A stretch of 64,000 nucleotides of DNA from positions 833 through 64,832 of the forward strand of contig CAPERS010000007.1 in assembly GCA_948607205.1 (NCBI GenBank), in the 5' to 3' direction. Made by a program: the position numbers and the translations under genes. The notes under the pieces are model-generated. The model saw only the letters and a program-made list of their open reading frames with translations. It ran no database searches and had not been told where the DNA came from. The stretch comes from an uncultured Eubacteriales bacterium (GTDB lineage Bacteria > Bacillota > Clostridia > Christensenellales > UBA1242). Below, one piece after another: positions 26,867 through 36,504 of the stretch; the first letter of the stretch is position 1; each line of letters starts with the position of its first letter.

Positions 26867-29425
26867 TTAAACAATCAACATATCGAAGTTTTTATTAATA
26901 AGAATTTGCAAAACATTCACCCTTTCTGAATGGATTCCTTCTCCAATAACTCCAGCAGGCGCTGGCAAATTGTCAATCTTATCAAAAGCGAAATAGTCTT
27001 TGAAAAGTTCTTCTTGATTTGTGTCTTCTTTAACGTAGATATACTTGATATCTTTGCCTATACGATTTCCTTTTTCATCAAGGAGAACAACATTTGCATA
27101 AGTTCCTTCAACAGTGCTTACATCTATTTCACCGCTATAAACAACGCCAACATTGATATCAATTTTGTTTGCGACCTGAATTTCAGCGATTATGACATTT
27201 TTTGTGAGTTTGGTGTTCTCGCTGACAGAGCCAACAAGACCTGCAACTTTGTTTTTTGAAGTTGTTTTAATTTTGCCTTTAACAACACTGCCTGTGATTT
27301 CACTTTCGCCAGTGATTTCTCCAGCAAAACCACCCAAATTTTCTTGACCAAAAATCTTCACACTTGCAAAAGATTTATCAATTGTGAAATTGTTTGCACT
27401 ACCAATCAATCCACCAATTTTGTTTCCATAAGAAGAGATTTCAGCATCACTTTCGCTTGACAAAACAGTTCCTGAACTTGCTTTTCCGATAAGTCCGCCA
27501 AGGCACTCACCTGAAACAGACAACAATTGAATTTTTGATTTTGATTTCTCAATTTCGCCTGCAATTTGATTGCCTATAAATCCGCCAGCAATATTGTTTG
27601 CCACAATTTTGCCGTCAACTTTGCAATTAACAATTTTTCCGCCATTATTATATCCGCTTATTCCGCCAACATTTTCTTGACCGATTATATTGACATTCTT
27701 CAGAGCCAAATTTTCAATTCTGGCACTAACATTTTCAAACTTGCCAATTTTAGCAAAAAGTCCAACATTTGAATATTTCGCAAAAACATTCAAATTTGTT
27801 ATCTCATTGTTTCTGCCGTTTAAGTAGCCAGCAAAGGCATTTTCTTGCGCTATTGGTGACCATTCGTGAGCAGACAAATCGATATTTCCAGTCAAAACAA
27901 AATATTTGCCAGCAAAGTTTTCGTTATTAACATTTGATATACCTGCAAGATATGCAAGGTTTTGTGCTGAAGCAATTTGATATGGATTTTTTTCACTTCC
28001 GTCACCGCTGAATTTCACAGCATAATATTGCCAGTTGTTTGGCACATTGTTGTTTGGAATTGGAAAATATGCCTCTGAAATTTTGAAATGTGCCCATGCG
28101 TTGCTCATTGACCAATTGGCATCTTCATTCAAAAATGTCTGACCAAGAACTTCTGACCTCAAGTTCAATTTTCTTATTGCTCCAGTTGTTACAAGGCTTG
28201 ATGCGTTAATGTCCGCATTGCCAAAATAGCAATTTTTGATGAGAGCATTTCCAGTTGTGCCTTCTGAACTTGAGATAGACAAAATCCCAAAAGAACTTTT
28301 GTCTGAAGCTTGCGAGCCTTGAACTTCACCAAAATTTAACACGTCAACAAGTTTGATTGAAGTTTCAGTTGTGTAGCGAACACCTGCAATTCCATTTGCC
28401 CTATTGCCGACGATTTTTCCGCCGTTATAACTTTGATTGATTGTCAAGTTATCCTCACAAACTCCAACCAAACCGCTTGAAACTGCAATTGAGTTTATGT
28501 TGCCAAGATTGAAGCAATCAACAATCAAAGTTGTTCCTGAAATTCTGTTTAATTTGTCAATTTGACCAATAAGTCCGCCAACATTAGAGTATGACTCCAA
28601 ATTTCCAAAATTATATGAAGACCTGACTTGATTGTCGCCTCTTGCAGCACCAATTAATCCGCCGACAGCATTGAAATCAAATTTTCCTGAACTATTTTTG
28701 ATATTGCCATAATTTGAGCAATTTATAACTGAACAAGATGAAATATCGCCGACAACACCACCCATTGCTATATCTTCTGGTGCTTTTTTGCTGATATTTA
28801 TGTAACTGTGAACATTTTTAAGTGTTCCCATCTCCATTTTGCCGACAACACCGCCACTTGCAATAACAGTCATGTCATTTTTTATCTCTCCTGTCATGAT
28901 TGATAAGTTTTCAATATTTGCACCAGTTGAAGTATAGCCTATCAGACCTGTATATTCGTGCGAACTTGATTGTTGACCGACAAACATCCCATAGATTTTA
29001 TGACCATTTCCGTTCAAACTGCCCATAAAAATTGATTGATTGTTTATATTTTTCGCAGAAATTGGCACCCAATAATGTGCAGACAAATCAATGTCGTTCA
29101 TAATTTCAATATAAGTGCTGCTTGAAATATAATTTCCTGCATTTGTTATGTATGAAAAATATGCGAGTCCTTCTGCCGTGTAAACTTTGTAAGGGTCTGA
29201 ATAAATTCCACGACCTGAAATATTTTTTCCGTCAATCTTTGTTGCAAAGTTTCCGTCTGATATCCAAGTGTCGTTATTTATTGGTGCTTTAACAAGCAAC
29301 TCAGTTCCATCTTTTTCACCTTCATTGTTATCACCTTTTGGCAATGAGAAAACAATTGCGCAAACAACGCCTGCAATAATTGCCAAAGAGCCCAAGATTA
29401 TCAACAAAACTTTTAACTTTTTCAC
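26867..29425 (-). CDS. large surface protein with GLUG-motif repeats
   Basis: More than 10 repeats of the type (V/L)GGLIG / GG(F/I)(A/S/I)G (VGGLIGAARG, NVGGLIGQID, LGGLIGKASSG, IGGLIGSANN, LGGFAGEITG...). N-terminal signal anchor. Start set at GTG 29425, behind GGAGGGG, rather than at TTG 29446. Confidence 0.75.
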   Translation of the reverse strand: MKKLKVLLIILGSLAIIAGVVCAIVFSLPKGDNNEGEKDGTELLVKAPINNDTWISDGNFATKIDGKNISGRGIYSDPYKVYTAEGLAYFSYITNAGNYISSSTYIEIMNDIDLSAHYWVPISAKNINNQSIFMGSLNGNGHKIYGMFVGQQSSSHEYTGLIGYTSTGANIENLSIMTGEIKNDMTVIASGGVVGKMEMGTLKNVHSYINISKKAPEDIAMGGVVGDISSCSVINCSNYGNIKNSSGKFDFNAVGGLIGAARGDNQVRSSYNFGNLESYSNVGGLIGQIDKLNRISGTTLIVDCFNLGNINSIAVSSGLVGVCEDNLTINQSYNGGKIVGNRANGIAGVRYTTETSIKLVDVLNFGEVQGSQASDKSSFGILSISSSEGTTGNALIKNCYFGNADINASSLVTTGAIRKLNLRSEVLGQTFLNEDANWSMSNAWAHFKISEAYFPIPNNNVPNNWQYYAVKFSGDGSEKNPYQIASAQNLAYLAGISNVNNENFAGKYFVLTGNIDLSAHEWSPIAQENAFAGYLNGRNNEITNLNVFAKYSNVGLFAKIGKFENVSARIENLALKNVNIIGQENVGGISGYNNGGKIVNCKVDGKIVANNIAGGFIGNQIAGEIEKSKSKIQLLSVSGECLGGLIGKASSGTVLSSESDAEISSYGNKIGGLIGSANNFTIDKSFASVKIFGQENLGGFAGEITGESEITGSVVKGKIKTTSKNKVAGLVGSVSENTKLTKNVIIAEIQVANKIDINVGVVYSGEIDVSTVEGTYANVVLLDEKGNRIGKDIKYIYVKEDTNQEELFKDYFAFDKIDNLPAPAGVIGEGIHSERVNVLQILINKNFDMLIV

Positions 29426-29553
29426 AACCCCTCCAATTTTTATCAAAAATCAACATTGACTTTTTAAACAAAATGTAAAATTTTCAAACTCATTTGAGAG
29501 AAAATCACCTTCAAATAAAAGTATAAAATATTCCTGACAAAAAGTCAAGAATT

Positions 29554-29850
29554 TTAAGGCAGTTCAATATGTTTAAAATCTTTTTTTGTTGATTTTTTAT
29601 AAAGAATAACCATTGAGCCAATCACCTGCACGGCATCAGCATCAAGTTCCTTGCAAATCATCTCACAAATCTCCTTTGCTGAGGTTGAAGAATTTTTTAA
29701 AACTTTGATTTTGATAAGTTCGCGCGCATCCAAAAGTTCACGAATGGCAATATATGAATTTTCGCCAAGTCCATCCTTTCCAACTTGCATAACTGGGTCA
29801 AGCGCATTGCCAAGTCCTCTCAAAAAAGCCCTTTGTTTTGTTGTTATCAT
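29554..29850 (-). CDS. yhbY: YhbY-family (CRM domain) RNA-binding protein
   Basis: 98 aa. KQRAFLRGLGNALDPVMQVGKDGL...LIKIKVL is typical of YhbY. Confidence 0.85.
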   Translation of the reverse strand: MITTKQRAFLRGLGNALDPVMQVGKDGLGENSYIAIRELLDARELIKIKVLKNSSTSAKEICEMICKELDADAVQVIGSMVILYKKSTKKDFKHIELP

Positions 29851-29941
29851 CTATTTAAATCCTTTTAAATTTTTATTTTTTCATTATTGATTTTTTATTT
29901 TCAAAAACTATTTTTATAAGTTTTCGATTTTATCAAATTTA

Positions 29942-31210
29942 TCAATCCATATACTCAAAAACAATATCTTTGATTTTGACACTGTCGCCACTTTTAAGAC
30001 CGCGCTGTTTAAGCATATCAATTATGCCCATATCTTGAAGACGGGTTTGAAAATATGCAAATGAAAGAGTGTCTGAAAGGATAACTCCACGAATGAAATT
30101 GTCAATTCTTCCACCGCTGACAACAAATGTTCCGTCGTCTTCACGAGTTATTTCCACTGAGTCGTTATCGCGCTTATCGAAGTTATGTTCTTCAACTTCA
30201 AGAGGTGGCTTGATTTCTATTTTTGAGAGTTTTTCAAGTGTCAAATTTTTGAGTTCTTCCACGCCTTTAAATGTTGCGCCAGAAAGTTCAAGTGCGTCAA
30301 TTCCAGTTTTCTTTTTGAAAGCGTTTTTGCGTTCTTTCAAAGTTTCCTCATCGATGAGGTCGACCTTTGAAAAAGCCACAATTTGAGGTGTTTTTGCAAG
30401 GCTAGCGCTATATTTTTCAAGTTCCGAATTGATTTTATAATAGTCATCAATAAAATTTCTTCCCTCACTCTCAGAAACATCAATAAGGTGAATTATAAGC
30501 CTGACACGCTCGACGTGTTTGAGGAAATAGTGACCAAGACCTTGACCTTCGCTTGCGCCTTCAATAAGCCCCGGAATGTCAGCAACCACAAAAGTTTGAC
30601 CCTTTGTTTCGCAGACGCCAAGATTTGGATAGAGGGTTGTGAAAGGATAGTTGGCTATCTTTGGATTGGCATTTGAAATGCATGAAAGAAGTGTTGATTT
30701 GCCAACATTTGGAAAACCCACAAGCCCAACATCTGCAATTGTTTTAAGTTCCAAAATAACCTCTCGCATCTTGGTTATTTCGCCAGTTTGAGAATAAGTT
30801 GGAGCTTGTTTAATTGATGATTTATAGTATGCGTTTCCATGTCCGCCAAGTCCGCCCTTTAAAGCAAGAAAAGTCATTCCGTCTTTGTGAAGGTCGGCAA
30901 TAATTTTGCCAGTTTCAGCATCAATCAAAACCGTTCCGCAAGGCACTTCGATTATCATATCATTGCCTGTTGCGCCAGTTTTAAGTTTTTTTGAGCCATT
31001 CTCGCCATCGCCAGCAACAAATTTCTTTTTGAAACGAAAGTTATATAGAGTGTTCAGCATACGAGTGGCTTTAAAAATGACATTTCCGCCATTGCCACCT
31101 TCTCCGCCGTCTGGTCCACCTTTCATTGTTTGAGCGTTACGCAAAAAAGAGGCAGAACCATTTCCGCCATTGCCAGCCTTGACCATAATTTTAACTCTAT
31201 CTAAAAACAT
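29942..31210 (-). CDS. obg: GTPase Obg
   Basis: Gly-rich Obg fold (AGNGGNGSASF, GGPDGGEGGNGG), G1 motif GFPNVGKST, G3 motif DIPGLIEGA, and a C-terminal OCT-like domain. Confidence 0.95.
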   Translation of the reverse strand: MFLDRVKIMVKAGNGGNGSASFLRNAQTMKGGPDGGEGGNGGNVIFKATRMLNTLYNFRFKKKFVAGDGENGSKKLKTGATGNDMIIEVPCGTVLIDAETGKIIADLHKDGMTFLALKGGLGGHGNAYYKSSIKQAPTYSQTGEITKMREVILELKTIADVGLVGFPNVGKSTLLSCISNANPKIANYPFTTLYPNLGVCETKGQTFVVADIPGLIEGASEGQGLGHYFLKHVERVRLIIHLIDVSESEGRNFIDDYYKINSELEKYSASLAKTPQIVAFSKVDLIDEETLKERKNAFKKKTGIDALELSGATFKGVEELKNLTLEKLSKIEIKPPLEVEEHNFDKRDNDSVEITREDDGTFVVSGGRIDNFIRGVILSDTLSFAYFQTRLQDMGIIDMLKQRGLKSGDSVKIKDIVFEYMD

Positions 31211-31348
31211 AGGTTCTCCTCATTTTTATAGAATTTATATTGCGTTTATTCTGATTTCTATTTTGTGTTAATCAGATTTCTATTTCTGTTATTTTGCATA
31301 CTAGCACAAGTTATTGTGTTATGTCTGACATAATAGGCACAAAATGTG

Positions 31349-31957
31349 CTATTTCTTACAGATTTCTGAAAATAGGCAATTTGCACATTCTGGTTTTTGC
31401 GATTTGCAGATATATCTTCCGAAATGCACAAGTTGAAGATGAAGTTTCCCCCAAGTTTCCTTTGGGAAGATTTTCATAAGTTCTTCTTCACATTTGTTAG
31501 GGTCGGAAGTTTGCGCAAAACCAAGTCTGTTTGAAACTCTCAAAACATGCGTATCAACAGCAATCGCATCACCCTTGAAGGCTTCAGAGATGACGACATT
31601 TGCAGTTTTTCTTCCAACGCCAGCAAGCGTTTGAAGTTTGTCAATGTCATTTGGCACAACACTGCCAAACTTATCGACCAAATCCTTGGTCATTGCCAAA
31701 ATATTTTTGGCTTTATTGTGATAAAATCCGCATGAACGAATTTTCTCTTCAAGTTCCTCTTGAGAAAGAGTCAACATTTTCTCAGGCGTGCCATAATTTT
31801 TGAACAGTTCCCCCGTGACCATGCAGACGCGCTTATCAGTGCATTGCGCTGACAAAATCACAGCAACAAGCAGTTGATATGGCGTTTGATAGTCAAGTTC
31901 GCACTTTGGGTCTGGAAAAAGCTTTTCAAGATTTTCCAAAACTTCATTTGCTTTCAT
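31349..31957 (-). CDS. nth: endonuclease III
   Basis: HhH-GPD motif LAGVGRKTANVV...DTHV and the C-terminal 4Fe-4S cluster CKSQKPECANCLFSEIC. Confidence 0.9.
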   Translation of the reverse strand: MKANEVLENLEKLFPDPKCELDYQTPYQLLVAVILSAQCTDKRVCMVTGELFKNYGTPEKMLTLSQEELEEKIRSCGFYHNKAKNILAMTKDLVDKFGSVVPNDIDKLQTLAGVGRKTANVVISEAFKGDAIAVDTHVLRVSNRLGFAQTSDPNKCEEELMKIFPKETWGKLHLQLVHFGRYICKSQKPECANCLFSEICKK

Positions 31958-31979
31958 TCTTATTCTCCCCTATTTTTCA

Positions 31980-33443
31980 CTATTTCATAAGTGGGAACAA
32001 AACTGCGTCACGAATGTTTGGAAGGTCAAAGATAAATTGAACAAATCTATCAATACCAAAGCCTAAGCCAGAGATTGGTGGCATGCCGTGTTCCATTGCA
32101 AGAAGGAAATCTTCATCCACGTCCATAGTTTCTTCGTCACCAGCAAGTTTTTCAGCGAGTTGTTTTTCAAGGTTTTCTCTTTGAATGATTGGGTCAACAA
32201 GTTCTGAATATGCTTTAACAAGTTCTGCGCCACCGGCAACAACTTGGAAAACATCAATAATCCTACTGTCATCATCATTTCTACGTGCAAGCGGAATGAG
32301 AACTTCTGGATAATTAAAGATAATTGTAGGATTTACAATACCTGCCCTAATCTTTCTCTTATAAATATAGTCAACGAGCGTTCTTATTGTTTTGCACTCT
32401 TCGAGTTCAGTATAGCCAAAAAGTCCGCTTTCAACAACTTTTTTCTTGAAAGCATCAACGTCAGTTTCGCCAAGGAAGTCAAAACCAAGGATTTCACGCA
32501 TTTTTTCAACATAATTTATCTTTGCCCACTCACCGTCGAACTCAATTTCTTGACCTTGATAGGTCACTTTGGTTGTTCCAAGCACATTTTTGAGGAGGTC
32601 AACGCAAAGAGTTTTAAAGAATTTCATGTTATCTTCAAAATCCCAGTATGACGCATACCACTCAATTTGAGTGAACTCTTGAAGGTGTGAAGGGTCCATT
32701 CCTTCATTACGGAAATCTTTACCAAGTTCGTAAACACGGTCAAAACCACCTGCAATACATTGTTTAAGCCAAGTTTCAGTTGCAATTCTGAGATTGCAGT
32801 CGAGGTCGAGCGCATTATGATGAGTGTAGAATGGCTTTGCTGACGCGCCAGAAACGCTTGTTTGAATGATTGGTGTTTCAACGTCGAGGAAGCCGTGGTC
32901 TTCGAGATAACGTCTGATGAAAGACACAATCTTGCTTCTTGTCAAGAAGACCTTTCTCGCGTCTTCATTGACAACGAGGTCAAGATAGCGTTGACGATAT
33001 TTTGTTTCGGTGTCAGTCAGGCCATGGAATTTTTCTGGAAGAGGTCTAAGTGTCTTTGACAAAAGTGTGACCTTTTCTGCCTTTACAGTCACTTCGCCTG
33101 TTTGAGTGAGATAAACCTCACCTTCAATGCCGACAAAGTCAGCGATATCAATCATCTTTTTATAGAAATCATACGCCTCTTCGTCAAGTTCATTTCTGCC
33201 AACCGAAACTTGAATTTTTGCGTTGATATCTCTGATTTGAATAAAACCGAACTTACCCATAACGCGTTTGAAAACAACACGTCCTGCAACTTTAACGCGT
33301 TTACCAACCATTTCGCGAGCCTCAGCAATTGTTGCCGTTCTTTCAAACTTTGCTTTATAAGGGATTTCGCCCATTTCTCTGAGAGTGTTAATTTTTGCAC
33401 GTCTAACATCAACTTCGCTAGCCAAATTTTGTATTTCTGCCAT
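31980..33443 (-). CDS. lysS: lysine--tRNA ligase (class II)
   Basis: 487 aa with an N-terminal OB fold and class II motifs (FRNEGMD, GGAELVKAYSEL, GFGIDR). Confidence 0.95.
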   Translation of the reverse strand: MAEIQNLASEVDVRRAKINTLREMGEIPYKAKFERTATIAEAREMVGKRVKVAGRVVFKRVMGKFGFIQIRDINAKIQVSVGRNELDEEAYDFYKKMIDIADFVGIEGEVYLTQTGEVTVKAEKVTLLSKTLRPLPEKFHGLTDTETKYRQRYLDLVVNEDARKVFLTRSKIVSFIRRYLEDHGFLDVETPIIQTSVSGASAKPFYTHHNALDLDCNLRIATETWLKQCIAGGFDRVYELGKDFRNEGMDPSHLQEFTQIEWYASYWDFEDNMKFFKTLCVDLLKNVLGTTKVTYQGQEIEFDGEWAKINYVEKMREILGFDFLGETDVDAFKKKVVESGLFGYTELEECKTIRTLVDYIYKRKIRAGIVNPTIIFNYPEVLIPLARRNDDDSRIIDVFQVVAGGAELVKAYSELVDPIIQRENLEKQLAEKLAGDEETMDVDEDFLLAMEHGMPPISGLGFGIDRFVQFIFDLPNIRDAVLFPLMK

Positions 33444-33493
33444 TTATTTCTCCTTTTTGAAATAACTTATCACAAAAGAGAAAATTTGTCAAA

Positions 33494-34033
33494 TTATTTA
33501 TATCGTTTTTCGTAATGACGCAGATTTTTTAGCACTTTATTAAGATATTTTTCTGTTTCAGGAAAAGGTATTTTATCAAGTTTGATTTTATCTTGAGAAT
33601 ACTCCTTGTTTGCAAGCCAAGATTTAACATTATTTTGGCCTGCATTATATGCGCATATAACCAAATCTCTGTCGTTAAACATATCAAAAAGATAGGATAG
33701 ATAATAACTGCCATATCTGATATTGCACTGTGGTTCTGACAATTTTTCAATTTCAAAATCTTCATTCAGTTTTTCAGCAATCCATTCAGCAGTCGAAGGC
33801 AGGATTTGCATAATTCCAACCGCGCCTTTTTGCGAAAGCGCGTTTGTGCGATATCCGCTTTCAGCGTTTGCAATTGAGGCTATCAGCGCACTATCAACAG
33901 AAAATTCATTTCCGCTTTCAATGATTATTTCTTTATATTTGATTGGATAAAAATAGCCATTGAAGCAATTGATAGTAAAAGCCAGCAAAATAGCCACTAT
34001 TGCAAGTGATAAGATTGAAAAAAAATACTTCAT
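33494..34033 (-). CDS. lytic transglycosylase (SLT domain) with N-terminal membrane anchor
   Basis: ESGYR...GAVGIMQILPSTAEW...AYNAG motifs. Confidence 0.8.
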   Translation of the reverse strand: MKYFFSILSLAIVAILLAFTINCFNGYFYPIKYKEIIIESGNEFSVDSALIASIANAESGYRTNALSQKGAVGIMQILPSTAEWIAEKLNEDFEIEKLSEPQCNIRYGSYYLSYLFDMFNDRDLVICAYNAGQNNVKSWLANKEYSQDKIKLDKIPFPETEKYLNKVLKNLRHYEKRYK

Positions 34034-34160
34034 AACATAATTGTATGGAGTATTTTCAAAAAGATACTTTGTTTTTTGTAAGTCGAAAATTTTTTAATTT
34101 TTTGACCTAACTTTTTTAAGTTTATTTAATTGTCAAGCCATATTTTCTCAACAGTCAACT

Positions 34161-34418
34161 TTAAAGTCTTTCACATGAGATTCTAAGACCCATGCTTGTT
34201 ATCTTATATATGCCAGCAAAGCTTGGGTATTTACGCAGGGCGAGCATACTTTTTACTATTGAAAGATTTGCAAGGTTGAACTTTACTGAAATTCCACATG
34301 CCTGACCTGCCTCTTTTGGCGTATTGACAATGGCAGTGGAAATTCCGTTATTTCTCAAAAAATTGGAAAATAATAGAGTTTCATTTCTTGAACGGAACAC
34401 GCATATTCCATATTGCAT
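34161..34418 (-). CDS. DUF3343-like small protein (85 aa)
   Basis: Start set at ATG 34418, behind GGAGGAG. The pattern VFRSRNETLLFSNFLRNNGI...PKEAGQACGISV matches the small DUF3343 family often found next to S/Se-transfer enzymes. The longer track ORF has no RBS. Confidence 0.6.
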   Translation of the reverse strand: MQYGICVFRSRNETLLFSNFLRNNGISTAIVNTPKEAGQACGISVKFNLANLSIVKSMLALRKYPSFAGIYKITSMGLRISCERL

Positions 34419-34491
34419 ACTCTCCTCCATTGATGCACACATTGCCCTCTTTAACACTATATTTAATAGTAAAAAGGAAAGTGTTAAAACA

Positions 34492-35643
34492 ATGATATAT
34501 TTAGATAACAGCGCGTCAACTTTTATTAAGCCAAGAGAGGTCATCAAAGCGGTTGAAGAATCTCTTCTTCACTTCTCAGCCAATCCCGGAAGAAGCGGAC
34601 ACAATGCGAGCATAAGGACTGCTATGCTTGTGGAAGAAACGCGCGAGAAAGTTGCAAAGCATTTTGGATGCAAAGACCCAAGTCATGTCATTTTCACCGT
34701 CAATTGCACTCAGGCGCTTAACACAGCAATTCTTGGACTTGCACGTTCTGGCGGTCATGTTATATGCACTGAGAACGAGCATAATTCAGTTTTAAGACCA
34801 CTTGAGCACTTAAAAACGCATGGCAAGATTGATTATTCAATTGCATTTCAAGGTGAAAAAAATTGCATTGATGAAAGTTCAATTAAAGCCTGTTTACAGC
34901 CTAACACATACATGGTTATTTGCAATCATATTTCAAATGTCAATGGTGACAAAGCAGACATCAAGTCAATCGGAGAATTTTGCAAACAGCATGGCTTGAT
35001 ATTTGTTTTAGACTGCGCACAAAGTGCTGGGCATGAGATAATCGACATGGAAGAAAATAATATTTCCATGCTTGCCATTGCTGGACACAAAGGTTTTTAT
35101 TCACCGCAAGGAATTGGTGCACTGGTTGTAAACTGTGAAAATATGCCTGAGCCATTATTATTTGGCGGAACTGGAACAAACTCACTTGAACTTTTTCAGC
35201 CTGACATTTATCCAGAGCGTCTTGAAAGTGGAACTTTGCCTACGCCTGCGATTGCCGGCCTTAATGCAGGAATAGACTTTGTTGAAAGTCATTTTGCTGA
35301 AATTCAAAATAAGATTGACGATTTGACGACCTTTGTCAACTATGAACTTCGAAAACTGGGTGTCGATGTTTACACTCAGCCTGAAAATTCTCATGGCGTA
35401 ATTGCATTCAATATTCCAAGCCTCTCATCAAACGAAGTTGCAACCATGCTCAATGAGCACTGGGAGATTTGTGTGCGTGGTGGATATCACTGCGCGCCAA
35501 TGAAGCACAAGGCGCTCGGAACGCTTGAAAGCGGTGCGGTGCGAGTTTCAATATCATATTTCAACACTTTCACAGATGTGCAGAGATTGATTGGTGCTGT
35601 TAAGACGATAATAAGGAAGAACAAAATTCAAGTGAACGAGTGA
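34492..35643 (+). CDS. class V aminotransferase (cysteine desulfurase / selenocysteine lyase-like)
   Basis: MIYLDNSAST N-terminus and PLP-lysine motif AGHKGF. Start at ATG 34492, behind AAAGGAAAG. The upstream part of track ORF 34324.. overlaps the divergent gene. Confidence 0.85.
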   Translation: MIYLDNSASTFIKPREVIKAVEESLLHFSANPGRSGHNASIRTAMLVEETREKVAKHFGCKDPSHVIFTVNCTQALNTAILGLARSGGHVICTENEHNSVLRPLEHLKTHGKIDYSIAFQGEKNCIDESSIKACLQPNTYMVICNHISNVNGDKADIKSIGEFCKQHGLIFVLDCAQSAGHEIIDMEENNISMLAIAGHKGFYSPQGIGALVVNCENMPEPLLFGGTGTNSLELFQPDIYPERLESGTLPTPAIAGLNAGIDFVESHFAEIQNKIDDLTTFVNYELRKLGVDVYTQPENSHGVIAFNIPSLSSNEVATMLNEHWEICVRGGYHCAPMKHKALGTLESGAVRVSISYFNTFTDVQRLIGAVKTIIRKNKIQVNE

Positions 35644-35657
35644 TATTCTTCTTTCAC

Positions 35658-35784
35658 GCGCTCGGGAAGCGTCATGCGCGCCAAGAAGGGCGCGCATGAC
35701 GAGTTGTTTGCGCCGGCAAAACGGCGAGCAAACAACCTTCGACCATTTTCAACTCGTGTTGAAACTGGTCGGTTTCCCGAGCGC
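35658..35784. other. GC-rich 127-nt element that folds as a four-way junction (three hairpins closed by an 11-bp stem)
   Basis: Outer stem GCGCTCGGGAA (35658-68) / TTCCCGAGCGC (35774-84). Hairpin 1 is 35671-35700 (12 bp perfect). Hairpin 2 is 35703-35736 (9 + 4 bp). Hairpin 3 is 35740-35771 (13 of 14 bp). Junction linkers are 2-3 nt. Confidence 0.5.
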
Positions 35785-35840
35785 AGTTATTTAACCAGCC
35801 TTTTATCTTTTAATAAAACTGATACCTATTTTAATTCAAT

Positions 35841-35873
35841 AAAAAAATCGGAATAATCAAATTCCGATTTTTA
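35841..35873. terminator. bidirectional terminator
   Basis: A7, then ATCGGAAT (35847-54) / ATTCCGAT (35861-68), then T5. Confidence 0.75.
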
Positions 35874-35876
35874 TTC

Positions 35877-36383
35877 TTAATCATCTATTCCCAAAATTTT
35901 CTTGCGCATCTTGTCATATTCATCAGAAGTGATAAGCCCTTCATCACGCAATTTATCAAGTTTCAAAAGTTCATTCTTTTGCTTATCAATGTCGCTTTTT
36001 GAGAAAGTGTTTTTGATTCCATCAACCGCGTTCGTTACACCACTTTCAACAGTTTCTGAAAAACTTTGTTGATTTTTTGCAAAGTTCCCCTGCTCAATAT
36101 TTTTAATATAATTATCAACCATCATTGTCATGCAAAGAAGAATAATAAGTCCAATAATTGTTGGCGAAAGAATAATTGCAGTGAATATTCCCCAGCCCAG
36201 AATTGAACCACGATTTCTGACAAGTTCTTCATCAGTCATGCTTGACGCTTCTTTAAATTTATTGCTTCCTATGATAAGTGGAATACCGATAATTGCCCCA
36301 ACAATTGTTATGCAAGCTAATATACCAATAATGAGAGAAATAATTCTTGCTACGACAAAATAAAGTTCAACTGTTCCTTTCAT
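35877..36383 (-). CDS. membrane protein with C-terminal SHOCT domain
   Basis: Start at ATG 36383, behind AAGGAG. Two TM segments. The C-terminal LLKLDKLRDEGLITSDEYDKMRKKILG matches the SHOCT motif. Confidence 0.7.
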   Translation of the reverse strand: MKGTVELYFVVARIISLIIGILACITIVGAIIGIPLIIGSNKFKEASSMTDEELVRNRGSILGWGIFTAIILSPTIIGLIILLCMTMMVDNYIKNIEQGNFAKNQQSFSETVESGVTNAVDGIKNTFSKSDIDKQKNELLKLDKLRDEGLITSDEYDKMRKKILGIDD

Positions 36384-36452
36384 AAATTTCTCCTTAGTTT
36401 TAAATATATTATATCTTTCAATAAAATTTGTCAAGAAAATAGCTTTAAAAAC

Positions 36453-36484
36453 AAAAAAAAGGCCTATTTGTTTATAGGACTTTT
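36453..36484 (-). terminator. pnp terminator
   Basis: GGCCTAT / ATAGGAC stem (one mismatch). On the minus strand it is followed by T8 (complement of 36453-36460). Confidence 0.6.
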
Positions 36485-36504
36485 CTTTTATTTACAAAAT
36501 ATAA

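Noticed and set aside
34324-34491. N-terminal 56-codon extension of the aminotransferase ORF (TTG start)
   Set aside because: It overlaps the divergent DUF3343 gene and has no RBS. The canonical MIYLDNSAST N-terminus, with an RBS, begins at 34492.
35674-35856. Track ORF (60 aa, MRAKKGAHDELF...)
   Set aside because: It lies entirely within the GC-rich palindromic element and the following AT-rich spacer. It has no RBS, and its composition is dictated by the hairpins.
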